The notes under the pieces were generated by a model. The model worked only from the letters and a program-made list of their open reading frames with translations. It searched no databases and was not told the DNA's origin. From contig OZ240617.1 in NCBI GenBank assembly GCA_965198365.1, forward strand, positions 835,938 through 899,937: a stretch of DNA of 64,000 nucleotides, written 5' to 3'. The position numbers were made by a program, and so were the translations under genes. Every line of letters begins with the position of its first letter. Positions within the stretch are counted from its first letter, which is position 1. Source of the DNA: Candidatus Aldehydirespiratoraceae bacterium. Lineage in GTDB: Bacteria; Actinomycetota; Acidimicrobiia; Acidimicrobiales; Aldehydirespiratoraceae. Positions 1-8,270 of this stretch are shown piece after piece.

Positions 1-416
1 GACATCAGCGGGTCATCTCCGGTTGCGAGTTCCAGAAACTGCCCCATGGCCCAGCGCCTCGTCAATTGCTGCCGGTACGCAAGAAGTTGATCCGCGCTGG
101 AGCGGCTGAACTGGTGGAGGAGGACTTCCTCGGCCGGCCCCAGCAACGGCTGGTCCCTTCGCGCGCCGCAGACCTTGATGTGTTCACCGACGAAGAGTTG
201 CAGACCATCGAAGATGTGCTTGACCAGTTGGCCGGTATGACTGGCAACCAAGTCAGCGAACTGTCTCATCAGGAGCCTGGTTGGCGGCTCTCCGAGGTCG
301 GCGAGACCATACCGTTCTCTACTGCGTTCCTTGATTTTCCACAGGTTAAGACGCGGACCAGTGAGCGATTGTCCGAATCGGTGGGGGAGCGTTACGGACT
401 CGCGGCTTCGAGGTGA
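1..416 (+). CDS. Panacea/DUF4065 (SocA-like) antitoxin-domain protein, 5' end outside the window
   Basis: Frame 3 is open from nt 3 (HQRVISGCEFQKLPHGPAPRQLLPVRKKL...). The KLPHGPxP core and acidic helical tail resemble DUF4065/Panacea proteins. Stop TGA 414-416 overlaps the GTG of the next ORF. Confidence 0.5.
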   Translation, partial: HQRVISGCEFQKLPHGPAPRQLLPVRKKLIRAGAAELVEEDFLGRPQQRLVPSRAADLDVFTDEELQTIEDVLDQLAGMTGNQVSELSHQEPGWRLSEVGETIPFSTAFLDFPQVKTRTSERLSESVGERYGLAASR

Positions 417-733
417 TCCCGGAGGTCAGGGTCAGCGAATTCGCTGCCCGCAAGATCGCAGCGGAGTTCGGCCCCGAGCGGAGTGCAGCAGGTAAGCCGT
501 CAGAGTGGGACTTCTGGTCGGGTCCACTGGCCGCTGCGCTCCTAGGGTTCCGGGACTTTGAGAATCTCCTGTGGCACCCACGCCCGGAGATTCGGTCACT
601 CCACATTGTCGACCCCATCTTTGGTGCCTTGGTATTCATCGGTGTGCTAGTCGACACCGACACAATCGAGATAGCGGACTTCGCCATAGACCCGGACTAT
701 TGGTCGACCGTCGAGAATGACCGCAATGACTGA
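413..733 (+). CDS. hypothetical 106-aa protein translationally coupled to the Panacea-domain gene (candidate toxin partner)
   Basis: GTGA start/stop overlap at 413-416. No family recognised by eye. Confidence 0.4.
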   Translation: MIPEVRVSEFAARKIAAEFGPERSAAGKPSEWDFWSGPLAAALLGFRDFENLLWHPRPEIRSLHIVDPIFGALVFIGVLVDTDTIEIADFAIDPDYWSTVENDRND

Positions 734-851
734 CGTGGGCACCTGGTCTGACATCAGCTTTGGACGCAGGTGCTGGCGCTGTTCAGCAACCTCTTCCGTC
801 TGCTCTCTTTGAACGGGTTGAGTTACTCTGCCGGCTATCGGCGGTTCAGTT

Positions 852-1301
852 GTGGCGACAAGTGACTACACTGTCGTCATGCCTGTGGTCTCGATCCGGT
901 TTTCTGACGATCCGTTGCACAAGCGACTCAAAGCCAGTGCCGAGCAACGACAAGTCGCCATTTCCACGTTGGCCGAGAGGTTGATCGATGAGGGTCTCAG
1001 GATGGAAGCCCACCCCGCGGTCATGTTCCGAAACGGCCCAATTGGTCGCAGGGCTGTGCTGGTCGGAGGACCCGAAGTCGCTGATGTGATTTCTTCAATG
1101 ATTTCCGGCGATGTCCCGGCGAACGACCGACGCGGCAGAACTGCTGATTTGATGCGGCTGGACATTGCCATGGTCGACGCGGCGCTTGCCTACTACGCCG
1201 ACTACACAGCAGAGATCGACGCCGAGATAGAAGCACGGGAGCGGCAGGCGGTTGAGGCCGAAGCCGCTTGGAAGCGCCAGCGAACGTTGCTCAACGAGTG
1301 A
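852..1301 (+). CDS. ribbon-helix-helix + DUF433-like antitoxin
   Basis: N-terminal SIRFSDDPLHKRLKASAEQRQVAISTLAERLIDEGL looks RHH/CopG-like. HPAVMFRNGPIGRRAVLVGGPEVADV...AALAYYADYTAEID looks DUF433-like. GTG 852 or ATG 879 are possible starts. The stop overlaps the next gene. Confidence 0.65.
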   Translation: MATSDYTVVMPVVSIRFSDDPLHKRLKASAEQRQVAISTLAERLIDEGLRMEAHPAVMFRNGPIGRRAVLVGGPEVADVISSMISGDVPANDRRGRTADLMRLDIAMVDAALAYYADYTAEIDAEIEARERQAVEAEAAWKRQRTLLNE

Positions 1302-1654
1302 GGCTGTTGCTTGATGAGATGCACTCCCCCGCGGTCGCCGAAGTGCTCGTCGCGCAAGGGTCAGATGTGATCGCGGTTGCTGCGGAACCTTCACTGAGGG
1401 GATCGAGTGACGCAGAGTTGTTTGAACATGTGAGTAGTTCGGGACAGATCTTGGTGACCGAAAACGTCGGTGATTTTTCGGTTCTGCATTCCGACTGGCT
1501 CGTAAGTGACCGGCCCTGTCCGCCTGTGGTCTTCACCAACCCCAAGAGGTTCAATAGGGCGTCGTTGGCATACCCCGGTGACTTGATCGCCGCGCTCGAC
1601 ATATTTCTCGGCGACCCACCGATCCGAGGCAGATCGTGGCTCTGGTGGCTATGA
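1298..1654 (+). CDS. DUF5615-family PIN-like toxin
   Basis: GTG 1298 overlaps the antitoxin stop (GTGA). RLLLDEMHSP...SSDAELFEHVSSSGQILVTENVGDF fits the pattern of DUF5615 proteins that pair with DUF433. Confidence 0.7.
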   Translation: MRLLLDEMHSPAVAEVLVAQGSDVIAVAAEPSLRGSSDAELFEHVSSSGQILVTENVGDFSVLHSDWLVSDRPCPPVVFTNPKRFNRASLAYPGDLIAALDIFLGDPPIRGRSWLWWL

Positions 1655-1659
1655 AGGCC
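1391..1659 (+). repeat. direct repeat copy 1 (3' two-thirds of the PIN-like toxin gene plus 5 nt)
   Basis: Hand alignment with 5662-5930 gives 240/264 identical positions in the coding part. Similarity ends about 5 nt after the stop codons. Confidence 0.85.
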
Positions 1660-1752
1660 GGAAAATAACTCATCGCCCAAGATGTCGTCGACTCCGTACA
1701 GCACGTTTTCGCGCAGGCTCAGTCGGCCGAGTGGGCCCGTTACTCGCTCGGA

Positions 1753-4395
1753 CTAGGTATCTAGTCGACGGATTCGTACTGTGTGACCTGTGGCCGCGAT
1801 TTCGAGGGTGTAGGTGCGCCCGTCCAGCATGAACGGTTCGTGCTCATAAAAGACGGGTGCAACTGGGAGTGTGGGCTCTGTGGAACGGAAAGGGTCGCAT
1901 TCGTTCAGGCTGCCGTCTCGATTCGTGTCTACGCAGGCAAAATCCTGCAAATTGTTGTCATCGTAGAAGACATGCCACAAACCCAACCCGTCGGCCCGTG
2001 CCCGTGACGTCCCGGTATTGAACACTCCGTCCAAATTCGCGTCTACCGTTCCCACCAGGACCGGTTCAGCGTCTGGAACCGATACCAGGCCCATCCAGGT
2101 GTTTGCACCCTTGTAGCGCAAGCGGATGTCTTCGGGCACGCCGATCGGATACAGAATCAACCCGTACGGCAGAAGTTCGCCCGTGCTGTAGGGGATGTTG
2201 ACAACAGCTCTGACTGAAGGACCGGTTTTCCAGGTTTCGTCGACAGCATCGGGGTTTCGAGCCATGACCAACGGCGGTCCGTCGTCGGTCAGATCCCGGT
2301 TTCGGTTCCTGTCGATGTATATCTTGTGGGACCACTGTTCGTAATAGTAGAGATTGCGCGCTTGGGGATCGCACAGTGCAGTGAGGAGCACGTCTTCGCA
2401 CGGCTCGTTGCGTTCGTAGGAATCGATCATGATCTCGAAGACGGGATCGGCGCCGTCACCCAGACGGATGGAATGCCAGGACTGGTGGCTTCCTGACGCT
2501 TCAGGATATGTGACCGATACGCGTCGGCTGCGATGGACACGGGCAAGCGGCGGAGGCGTACCAATGTGTACGCCCCCTAGAATCGGGTTGTCGGGTGCGG
2601 ACTTGAACGTCAACTGGTCGTTCCTGGGGCCGCTCAGAGGGTCCGGATCGGCGCTGTCTGGTAAACCGTCGTTGTCGTCGTCTATATCGACGTTGTCGCC
2701 GATTCCGTCTTCGTCGTTGTCGAGCCACTCCGTCGGGTCCAAAGAGAACGCGTCGAGTGCATTGTCGATGCCGTCACCGTCGGCATCGCGGTCGGCGAAG
2801 TCTCCGATCCCGTCAGAGTCGGTGTCGAGCCAGTCTCTCGGTTCCAAGGGCAACGCGTCGATAACGTCCAGCGCCCCGTCATTGTCGTCGTCCGGATCGA
2901 GGGCATTCGCCAGCCCGTCGCCGTCGTGGTCGTCGACTGTGCCAGTTGAGGCTTGTGTGCTGCGCGGTTCGGACAGCCAGTCCAGGATCGAGTCTCGGGG
3001 CGTTGCGCCCCTCCGACAGTGGCCTCCCGGAGCATCGAGGTCCCATCGAGTGTCCAGTCCGAGCACATCGCGGTAGTAGTCCCGCATCGCCACGCCATCG
3101 TCATGCAGGAAGTCTTCAGTCGTGGCTTCCACAAACACCCGCATACGTCGCGAGACTTTCCGTACCGTGTGCTCGGACCACGGAATCGTAGGCGACCACG
3201 GGGACTCCGCCCGAGGAGGATCCTCACGACCCGGTCCGCCCCCCCAGAAGGCGCCGCACCACGCATGGAAACCGCCGCCATACAAAGCGAAGTAGCGCTC
3301 AAGGAATCGGGCCAGGAAACTGGTGCCACCAGAGCCTCCTTGGAACACGATCCTGTCGTGGTCGAGAGCGGCGCGTCCGCCCAGATTGTTTTGCAAGAGT
3401 TCGTGGATGACCCGATAATCCCGCGCTACCCAGGCCCGAATGCCGCGGCTTTGCAGCCTCGGCCCGAAAATCCAGCCTTCAGATTCCGAAAGGTCGTGGT
3501 ACGAACCTGGGGATGCCACCCGGATGAACAAGAGTCCTCGCTCAAGCACGCCCCTGCGTAAACCCCAAAACATGTCATCTTCGGTGCCATGGTTGCTTCC
3601 ATGAAAGAAAATCACCGCACCGCGCGGCTTGTTCAGATCCCAATGGTTCCGGTAATGTACCCGAAACCGGATCCTCCGCCCTCCCGAATCGACGAAGGTC
3701 GCCGTCTCATATGTCACGGACATGTCACAGATCGGGGTGTCGGGGTTGACCGAGACTGTGGGTTTGTTCTTGTAGCGGTACAGGAAAGTAACGAGTTGGG
3801 CTCTGGTCAGCGTGTCTTCGGGCGCGAAGGTGGTGGGTGAGGTGCCGGTGGTGATACCGGTGTTGGCCATCCATGACACACTGTCTTGTTGCCAAGCTGC
3901 AACGACGTCGCTGAAGTTGTGTGGCGGTGCAGCAGGCTCACCGGCTAGGCGATGCAGAAACGTTGCTGCTTGGGCACGTCTGAGGGTTTCATCGGGCGCG
4001 AACGTGGTGGGCGAGGTGCCGGTGGTGATACCGGTGTTGGCCATCCACGAGATCGCATCGTCTTGGGCACCGTTTGTTACGTCACTGAACGAATGACTCA
4101 CCCCGGCGTCGGGTCGGTTCTCCATGTTGTAGATCCACACCGCTGTTTCACCACGCGACACCGGATCGTCAGGCCTGAAACAAACCCCGGCAATACCGGT
4201 GATCGCGTTGTCGACCGCCCATTGCACCGCGTCGGTGTACCAACTGCTCTGAGGCACATCTCCGTAGCCCGCCACCGCTCCAGTTGGCGACTGCGACCCC
4301 ACCAACAACGCTGCCGTCAACGCCAAAACCAGCCCGACAGACCCCCCGACCCGGCTCAACCCAACCACCAAACAAGAACGTGAACAACACACCAC
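1753..4395 (-). CDS. secreted multidomain surface protein: signal peptide, 3 SLH domains, alpha/beta-hydrolase-like core, thrombospondin type-3-like Ca-binding repeats, C-terminal beta-rich domain
   Basis: The hydrophobic N-terminus ends in AVA. There are three FSDV...W(M)A..GITTG.....F.P...(T/R)R(A/G)Q...FL SLH-like units, and two of them share a near-identical ~55-bp DNA repeat at about 3821 and 3990. FFHGSNHG and QGGSGGTSF (GxSxG) motifs are present, followed by many DxDxDGxxDxxD repeats. Confidence 0.75.
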   Translation of the reverse strand: MVCCSRSCLVVGLSRVGGSVGLVLALTAALLVGSQSPTGAVAGYGDVPQSSWYTDAVQWAVDNAITGIAGVCFRPDDPVSRGETAVWIYNMENRPDAGVSHSFSDVTNGAQDDAISWMANTGITTGTSPTTFAPDETLRRAQAATFLHRLAGEPAAPPHNFSDVVAAWQQDSVSWMANTGITTGTSPTTFAPEDTLTRAQLVTFLYRYKNKPTVSVNPDTPICDMSVTYETATFVDSGGRRIRFRVHYRNHWDLNKPRGAVIFFHGSNHGTEDDMFWGLRRGVLERGLLFIRVASPGSYHDLSESEGWIFGPRLQSRGIRAWVARDYRVIHELLQNNLGGRAALDHDRIVFQGGSGGTSFLARFLERYFALYGGGFHAWCGAFWGGGPGREDPPRAESPWSPTIPWSEHTVRKVSRRMRVFVEATTEDFLHDDGVAMRDYYRDVLGLDTRWDLDAPGGHCRRGATPRDSILDWLSEPRSTQASTGTVDDHDGDGLANALDPDDDNDGALDVIDALPLEPRDWLDTDSDGIGDFADRDADGDGIDNALDAFSLDPTEWLDNDEDGIGDNVDIDDDNDGLPDSADPDPLSGPRNDQLTFKSAPDNPILGGVHIGTPPPLARVHRSRRVSVTYPEASGSHQSWHSIRLGDGADPVFEIMIDSYERNEPCEDVLLTALCDPQARNLYYYEQWSHKIYIDRNRNRDLTDDGPPLVMARNPDAVDETWKTGPSVRAVVNIPYSTGELLPYGLILYPIGVPEDIRLRYKGANTWMGLVSVPDAEPVLVGTVDANLDGVFNTGTSRARADGLGLWHVFYDDNNLQDFACVDTNRDGSLNECDPFRSTEPTLPVAPVFYEHEPFMLDGRTYTLEIAATGHTVRIRRLDT

Positions 4396-4415
4396 GCATC
4401 AAAGTACCACCTTGA

Positions 4416-4486
4416 ACCTAACCGGATCCCGCGCAGGCTGCTCTTGAGTCGCGTCGAGTCGTGACCCGTGAGCCTGAATGTTGTTG
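4416..4486 (-). repeat. inverted repeat, left copy (reads on the minus strand, immediately 5' of the SLH gene)
   Basis: The reverse complement aligns with 5583-5653 at about 60/71 positions (hand alignment): CACGGGTCACGACTC(G/A)AC(G/A)CGACTCAAGA(G/A)CAG(C/T)CTGCGC... Confidence 0.8.
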
Positions 4487-4662
4487 TTGACGGCACTGAA
4501 TGTTTTGGACGGCAGAGGAGGCGATCGGCTAGCAGCTGCCTTCGACTCAGCCCGCCGATGGCGTGAGGTCCGGGAATGAGACTGAATACCGGATCGGGGC
4601 AGGTTTCGGTCGGCAAACGGGGTGCCAAACGACTGTGCTACTTGATCGCTGGTTTGATGTGA

Positions 4663-5601
4663 TCAAGAGATCGTGACAGATTCCGACCGTTCGGAACATC
4701 CCGCTTTGTTGCACGCCGTGACGCTGTACACGGTCGTTGAGAATCCAACGAAGAGGATATGGTTCGGATCGCCGTCGTAGTAGCTGGTGCTTGGCGCGAA
4801 GACCGTATCGTCCAAGCTTGGGGACGTCGGTAGTTGATTGTCGAAACCGGATTGATATATCTGATAGTACGTGGCACCGGGCACCGGACTCCACCAGATC
4901 CTGGCATCGTCGGAACGGAGCGAAAGGACGACCTTTTCGCCTACTAGTCCCTGCGGGATCGAAGGAACATCGACTGCACCCTCAGCTTCGGTAATTCCAC
5001 CGACATGGCGTGAGAAGCGTGAGCATTCAGATGAATCGCATGCTCTGGCCATATAGAAGTATGTAGTTTCAGGCTCCAGACCGCTGTCGACATAGTGGCC
5101 CCCAGCTACGGTTGAATCGATGACCTGATAGTTGCCTATGTCAGTGGCGCTACGACTCAGTTCATAATGTGTCACGCCATTGCGACACTCAGCATCAGCT
5201 TGATGACAACCAATGCTGAGTCTCAGCGAGCGCGATGTTCCTCCGGCAATGATCCGAACAACTGTCGTAACCCTCGCCATGCCACCGGCTTGAATGGAAA
5301 CTGTCGGATTGTCGCTGTCGATGGGCGAACAGCCCGATCTGTCGCAGGCGACTACCCAGTAGTAGTTCTGGTCCAGGTCTGGGCTGGAGTGGACATAGAG
5401 AGTGCCCGTGACGCTGGAGGCCAGCTCGTCGCAGAAGTTCGCACGACCGAACTGGATATCACAACTAGAAGAGAAGAAGCTGTCGTGGTAGACCAACCGG
5501 CAGGTCGTTATGGCATGCGTTACGGTACCGACTGGGGATCTGCGGCCGGCCATTGGCCGAACTCGATCGTCTCCACTGCCGCCAACAAAATTCAAGCCCA
5601 C
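4663..5601 (-). CDS. FN3-like triple-repeat protein, N-terminus uncertain and possibly truncated
   Basis: Three repeats end in YYWVVACDRSGCS, YFYMARACDSSECS and VYSVTACNKAGCS. No signal peptide follows any candidate start. The first codons overlap the inverted repeat. Confidence 0.5.
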   Translation of the reverse strand: MGLNFVGGSGDDRVRPMAGRRSPVGTVTHAITTCRLVYHDSFFSSSCDIQFGRANFCDELASSVTGTLYVHSSPDLDQNYYWVVACDRSGCSPIDSDNPTVSIQAGGMARVTTVVRIIAGGTSRSLRLSIGCHQADAECRNGVTHYELSRSATDIGNYQVIDSTVAGGHYVDSGLEPETTYFYMARACDSSECSRFSRHVGGITEAEGAVDVPSIPQGLVGEKVVLSLRSDDARIWWSPVPGATYYQIYQSGFDNQLPTSPSLDDTVFAPSTSYYDGDPNHILFVGFSTTVYSVTACNKAGCSERSESVTIS

Positions 5602-5653
5602 GGGTCACGACTCAACACGACTCAAGAACAGTCTGCGCAGTACCCGGTCAGGT
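5583..5653 (+). repeat. inverted repeat, right copy (plus strand, abuts the truncated toxin copy)
   Basis: See 4416-4486. Confidence 0.8.
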
Positions 5654-5661
5654 GCAGACCC

Positions 5662-5925
5662 TCGCTGAGAGGATTGAGCGACGCAGAATTGTTCGAATAT
5701 GTGAGTAGTTCGGGACAGATCCTGGTGACCGAGAATGTCGGTGATTTCTCGGTTCTGCATTCGGACCGGCTCGTTAGTGACCGGCCCTGTCCGGCTCTGG
5801 TCTTCGCCAACCCCAGGAGGTTCAACAGGGCGTCGTTGGCATACCCCGGCGACTTGGTCGCCGCGCTCGACATATTTCTCAGCGACCCACCGATCCGAGG
5901 CAGCTCGTGGCTCTGGTGGCTGTGA
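5662..5925 (+). pseudogene. 5'-truncated copy of the DUF5615 PIN-like toxin gene
   Basis: Encodes SLRGLSDAELFEYVSSSGQILVTENVGDFSVLHSD...WLWWL, about 91% nt identity to 1391-1654. It lacks the N-terminal LLLDE segment and has no cognate antitoxin. The 252-aa ORF that contains it is otherwise antisense to the FN3 gene. Confidence 0.7.
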
Positions 5926-5930
5926 AGGCC
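5662..5930 (+). repeat. direct repeat copy 2
   Basis: See 1391-1659. Confidence 0.85.
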
Positions 5931-5991
5931 TTCAGCAACTAATCGGGGGCAGGGGGTAGCCGATGGGGGAGTAATCGGCGAGAATCGCAGC

Positions 5992-6732
5992 ATGTCAGAA
6001 CGAATTGCAGTAATGGGGGCGGGGGTCATGGGTTCGGGGATCGCCCAAGTCATGGCTATCGCCGGGCACGAGGTTGTTTGTCGGGATCTGAACATGGAGG
6101 TGCTCAACGTCGCCCGAACCGCGGTGGACAGTGGCCGCTTCGGTGTTCGAGGCGCCGTTGAGCGAGCGAAGCTCACCAACGAACAGGCCGATGCAGCGTT
6201 GAACCGCATCACCTTCACGACCGATCTTGAGGTGGCTGTCAACGCGGATGTCATTATCGAGGCAATTCCTGAAGACCTCGCTTTGAAGATTCGCTTCTGG
6301 CGGGAACTCGACTCGATGGCGCCCAGTCACACGATTTTCGCCAGCAATTCCTCGGGGTTTTCTATTGCTGCTTTAGGCGCAGCCACCGACAGACCAGATC
6401 GTATGGTCGGTTGGCATTGGGCTTCACCTGCTCCGGTTATGAAACTCGCGGAGATTGTCAGGGGCCCGTTGACATCGTCAGACACCGTCGACACCGTGGT
6501 GCGATTGGCCGCGGCTGCGGGGAAGAACCCGGTGGTTGTGAACGACACAGATTCCTCCTGGGGCTATGTCACCAACCGGGTATATTTCGCCATGGTGCGT
6601 GAAGCTAACCGAGTCGTCAGCGAGGGGATCGCCGACCGAAGCCAGGTCGACCAGTTGATGACAGACTGTTTCCGCTGGCCGTCAGGTCCCTTTGGGATGG
6701 TTTCCGGGGCTACTTCGGGATGGTCGCAATGA
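5992..6732 (+). CDS. 3-hydroxyacyl-CoA (3-hydroxybutyryl-CoA) dehydrogenase family, apparently C-terminally short
   Basis: IAVMGAGVMGSGIAQ Rossmann motif; SNSS, GWHWASPAPVMKLAEIV and NRVYFAMVREA motifs. The protein ends about 12 aa after the GPF motif, where family members normally continue for about 45 aa. Confidence 0.8.
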   Translation: MSERIAVMGAGVMGSGIAQVMAIAGHEVVCRDLNMEVLNVARTAVDSGRFGVRGAVERAKLTNEQADAALNRITFTTDLEVAVNADVIIEAIPEDLALKIRFWRELDSMAPSHTIFASNSSGFSIAALGAATDRPDRMVGWHWASPAPVMKLAEIVRGPLTSSDTVDTVVRLAAAAGKNPVVVNDTDSSWGYVTNRVYFAMVREANRVVSEGIADRSQVDQLMTDCFRWPSGPFGMVSGATSGWSQ

Positions 6733-7409
6733 TTGCCTTCCTGCGCCGGCATTGGAAGATCTTGGTGCCTGTCGGCGTGGTTGGTCTGGCCGTCGCCTAC
6801 TACCTTGTCTTCATTTTCTTCGCTGTTCACCTGTTGTTTGTTGACGACAAAGTCAACGAGAGTGGCCCACTGTTCGACTCTGGGGCGGTGATGACCCCCG
6901 AGGCCGAGCCCGGCGTTCCCGAACCCAGTGAGCCCGGCGTTCCCAAACCCGGCGTTCCCGAACCCAGTGAGCCCGGCGTTCCCGAACCCAGTGAGCCCGA
7001 CGTTCCCAAACCCGGCGTTCCCGAACCCAGCGAGCCTGCCGAGGTCGTGCCCGAGCCCAGCGGGCCCGCCGAGGTCGTTCGGTTGGTAGAAGGGTCGTTC
7101 ATCGACCGCAGTCACCCCACAGAAGGTGTCGCTGTCGTGCTCAACGACGGTACCGAACAGCGGTTCCTTCGCTTCGAGGACTTCGCCACAGACAACGGGC
7201 CGGACCTCAACGTCTACCTGTCGTCGGCCCCAGCCGATGCGTCTGCAGGAGAGTTCGATGACGATTTCGTCGATCTTGGTGACCTCAAGGGCAACGTTGG
7301 GGCGCAAAACTACGAGATCCCTACCAGCGTCGACCTCAGCCACCACTCCACCGTGGTGATCTGGTGTGTTCGTTTCCGAGTCGCTTTCGGAGCAGCCGAA
7401 CTCAGCTAG
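6720..7409 (+). CDS. membrane-anchored DM13 domain protein with Pro/Glu-rich repeat linker
   Basis: N-terminal TM helix, then EPGVPEPS repeats. The C-terminal GSF.......G.A.V......RFLRFEDFATDNGPDLNVYLS fits the DM13 pattern. Confidence 0.7.
   Translation: MVAMIAFLRRHWKILVPVGVVGLAVAYYLVFIFFAVHLLFVDDKVNESGPLFDSGAVMTPEAEPGVPEPSEPGVPKPGVPEPSEPGVPEPSEPDVPKPGVPEPSEPAEVVPEPSGPAEVVRLVEGSFIDRSHPTEGVAVVLNDGTEQRFLRFEDFATDNGPDLNVYLSSAPADASAGEFDDDFVDLGDLKGNVGAQNYEIPTSVDLSHHSTVVIWCVRFRVAFGAAELS
6906..7031 (+). repeat. in-frame tandem repeat, 63 bp x2 (built from 24/18/21-bp subunits)
   Basis: gagcccggcgttcccgaacccagt / gagcccggcgttcccaaa / cccggcgttcccgaacccagt, repeated. Confidence 0.85.
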
Positions 7410-8217
7410 TGGCTGAACCGGATTGGAGCGTCTTGGCTACCTGTTGTTGCTTGCGACGTTCAATCCTGCGCTGTACGGGACGATCGGCCAGGATCGCCAC
7501 GTAGACGAGCGCAGCCGCTCCGATGACGTCAAGCCACCAATGGTTGGCAGTGACAACGACCGCGAGCGTCATGGTGATCGGATGGGCGAAGCCGAGCCAA
7601 CGCCAACGGCTCTTGGTCGAAGCGGTGATTGCCCACCCCGCGATCAGTGCCCAGCCGACATGCAGCGAAGGCATGGCAGCTATCTGGTTGGCGGTGTTGG
7701 CAATCGTCTCGCTGTCGTAGATCTTGGGACCGTAGATCTGGAGTGTGTCTGCGAAACCATGCTGGGGGAACCAACGCGGTGGTGCCAGGGGAAAGCTCAC
7801 ATGGATGATCAACGCGGCCACCGTCGAGGTGAAGAGCACGCGACGAACTCGCCCGTAGTAGTCATATTGAGCGACAAACAGCCAGGTCAACAGCATTGCC
7901 ATCCCCAAGAAGTGCCCGAGGAAGTAATAGCGGTTCAGCACCCAGATCATGGCGTCGTTGCCTAGGACCAGGGATTGCAGTCCGACTTCGTTGAATATGC
8001 CCAGCGCTCTCTCCCAGTCGACGATCCGCTGCGAGTTGAGCAATGCTGTGTCGAGTTCGTCCATCGCCACGAGACGGACGAGGCGGTAGAGAAGTAAACC
8101 GACGGCGATGATTGTGATTTCTCGGGCAAGAGGCCAGCCCCACCGTGAGGTCGTGCGTGTTTCGTTGGTGGTTTGTGTAGACCTTCGAGATTCGACTGCC
8201 GTCAGGGTCATCTTCAC
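7402..8217 (-). CDS. PAP2 superfamily membrane protein (PAP2_3 / inositolphosphotransferase-like)
   Basis: Multi-pass TM protein with AAMPSLHVGWA and TANHWWLDV motifs. Confidence 0.7.
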   Translation of the reverse strand: MKMTLTAVESRRSTQTTNETRTTSRWGWPLAREITIIAVGLLLYRLVRLVAMDELDTALLNSQRIVDWERALGIFNEVGLQSLVLGNDAMIWVLNRYYFLGHFLGMAMLLTWLFVAQYDYYGRVRRVLFTSTVAALIIHVSFPLAPPRWFPQHGFADTLQIYGPKIYDSETIANTANQIAAMPSLHVGWALIAGWAITASTKSRWRWLGFAHPITMTLAVVVTANHWWLDVIGAAALVYVAILADRPVQRRIERRKQQQVAKTLQSGSATS

Positions 8218-8270
8218 TCCAAACGAAGCAGGTTAGCGAACACTGCGCAAGCGGCCTATCTGATTCAAGT

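Noticed and set aside
4416-5653. An IS element or MITE defined by the ~71-nt inverted repeats.
   Set aside because: The enclosed ORF is an FN3-like repeat protein, not a transposase. No target-site duplication is visible next to the arms. It is reported as an inverted-repeat-flanked segment instead.
5167-5925. 252-aa plus-strand ORF.
   Set aside because: It is a chimera. The first ~165 codons are antisense to the FN3-like gene, and only the last 88 codons are homologous to the PIN-like toxin. It is treated as a truncated pseudogene (5662-5925), not as an intact gene.
6906-7031. Possible membership of the DM13 PE-repeat in the same family as the FadD/MenD/intergenic core.
   Set aside because: Only gcccggcg is shared. 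That is too short in a GC-rich genome to claim homology.
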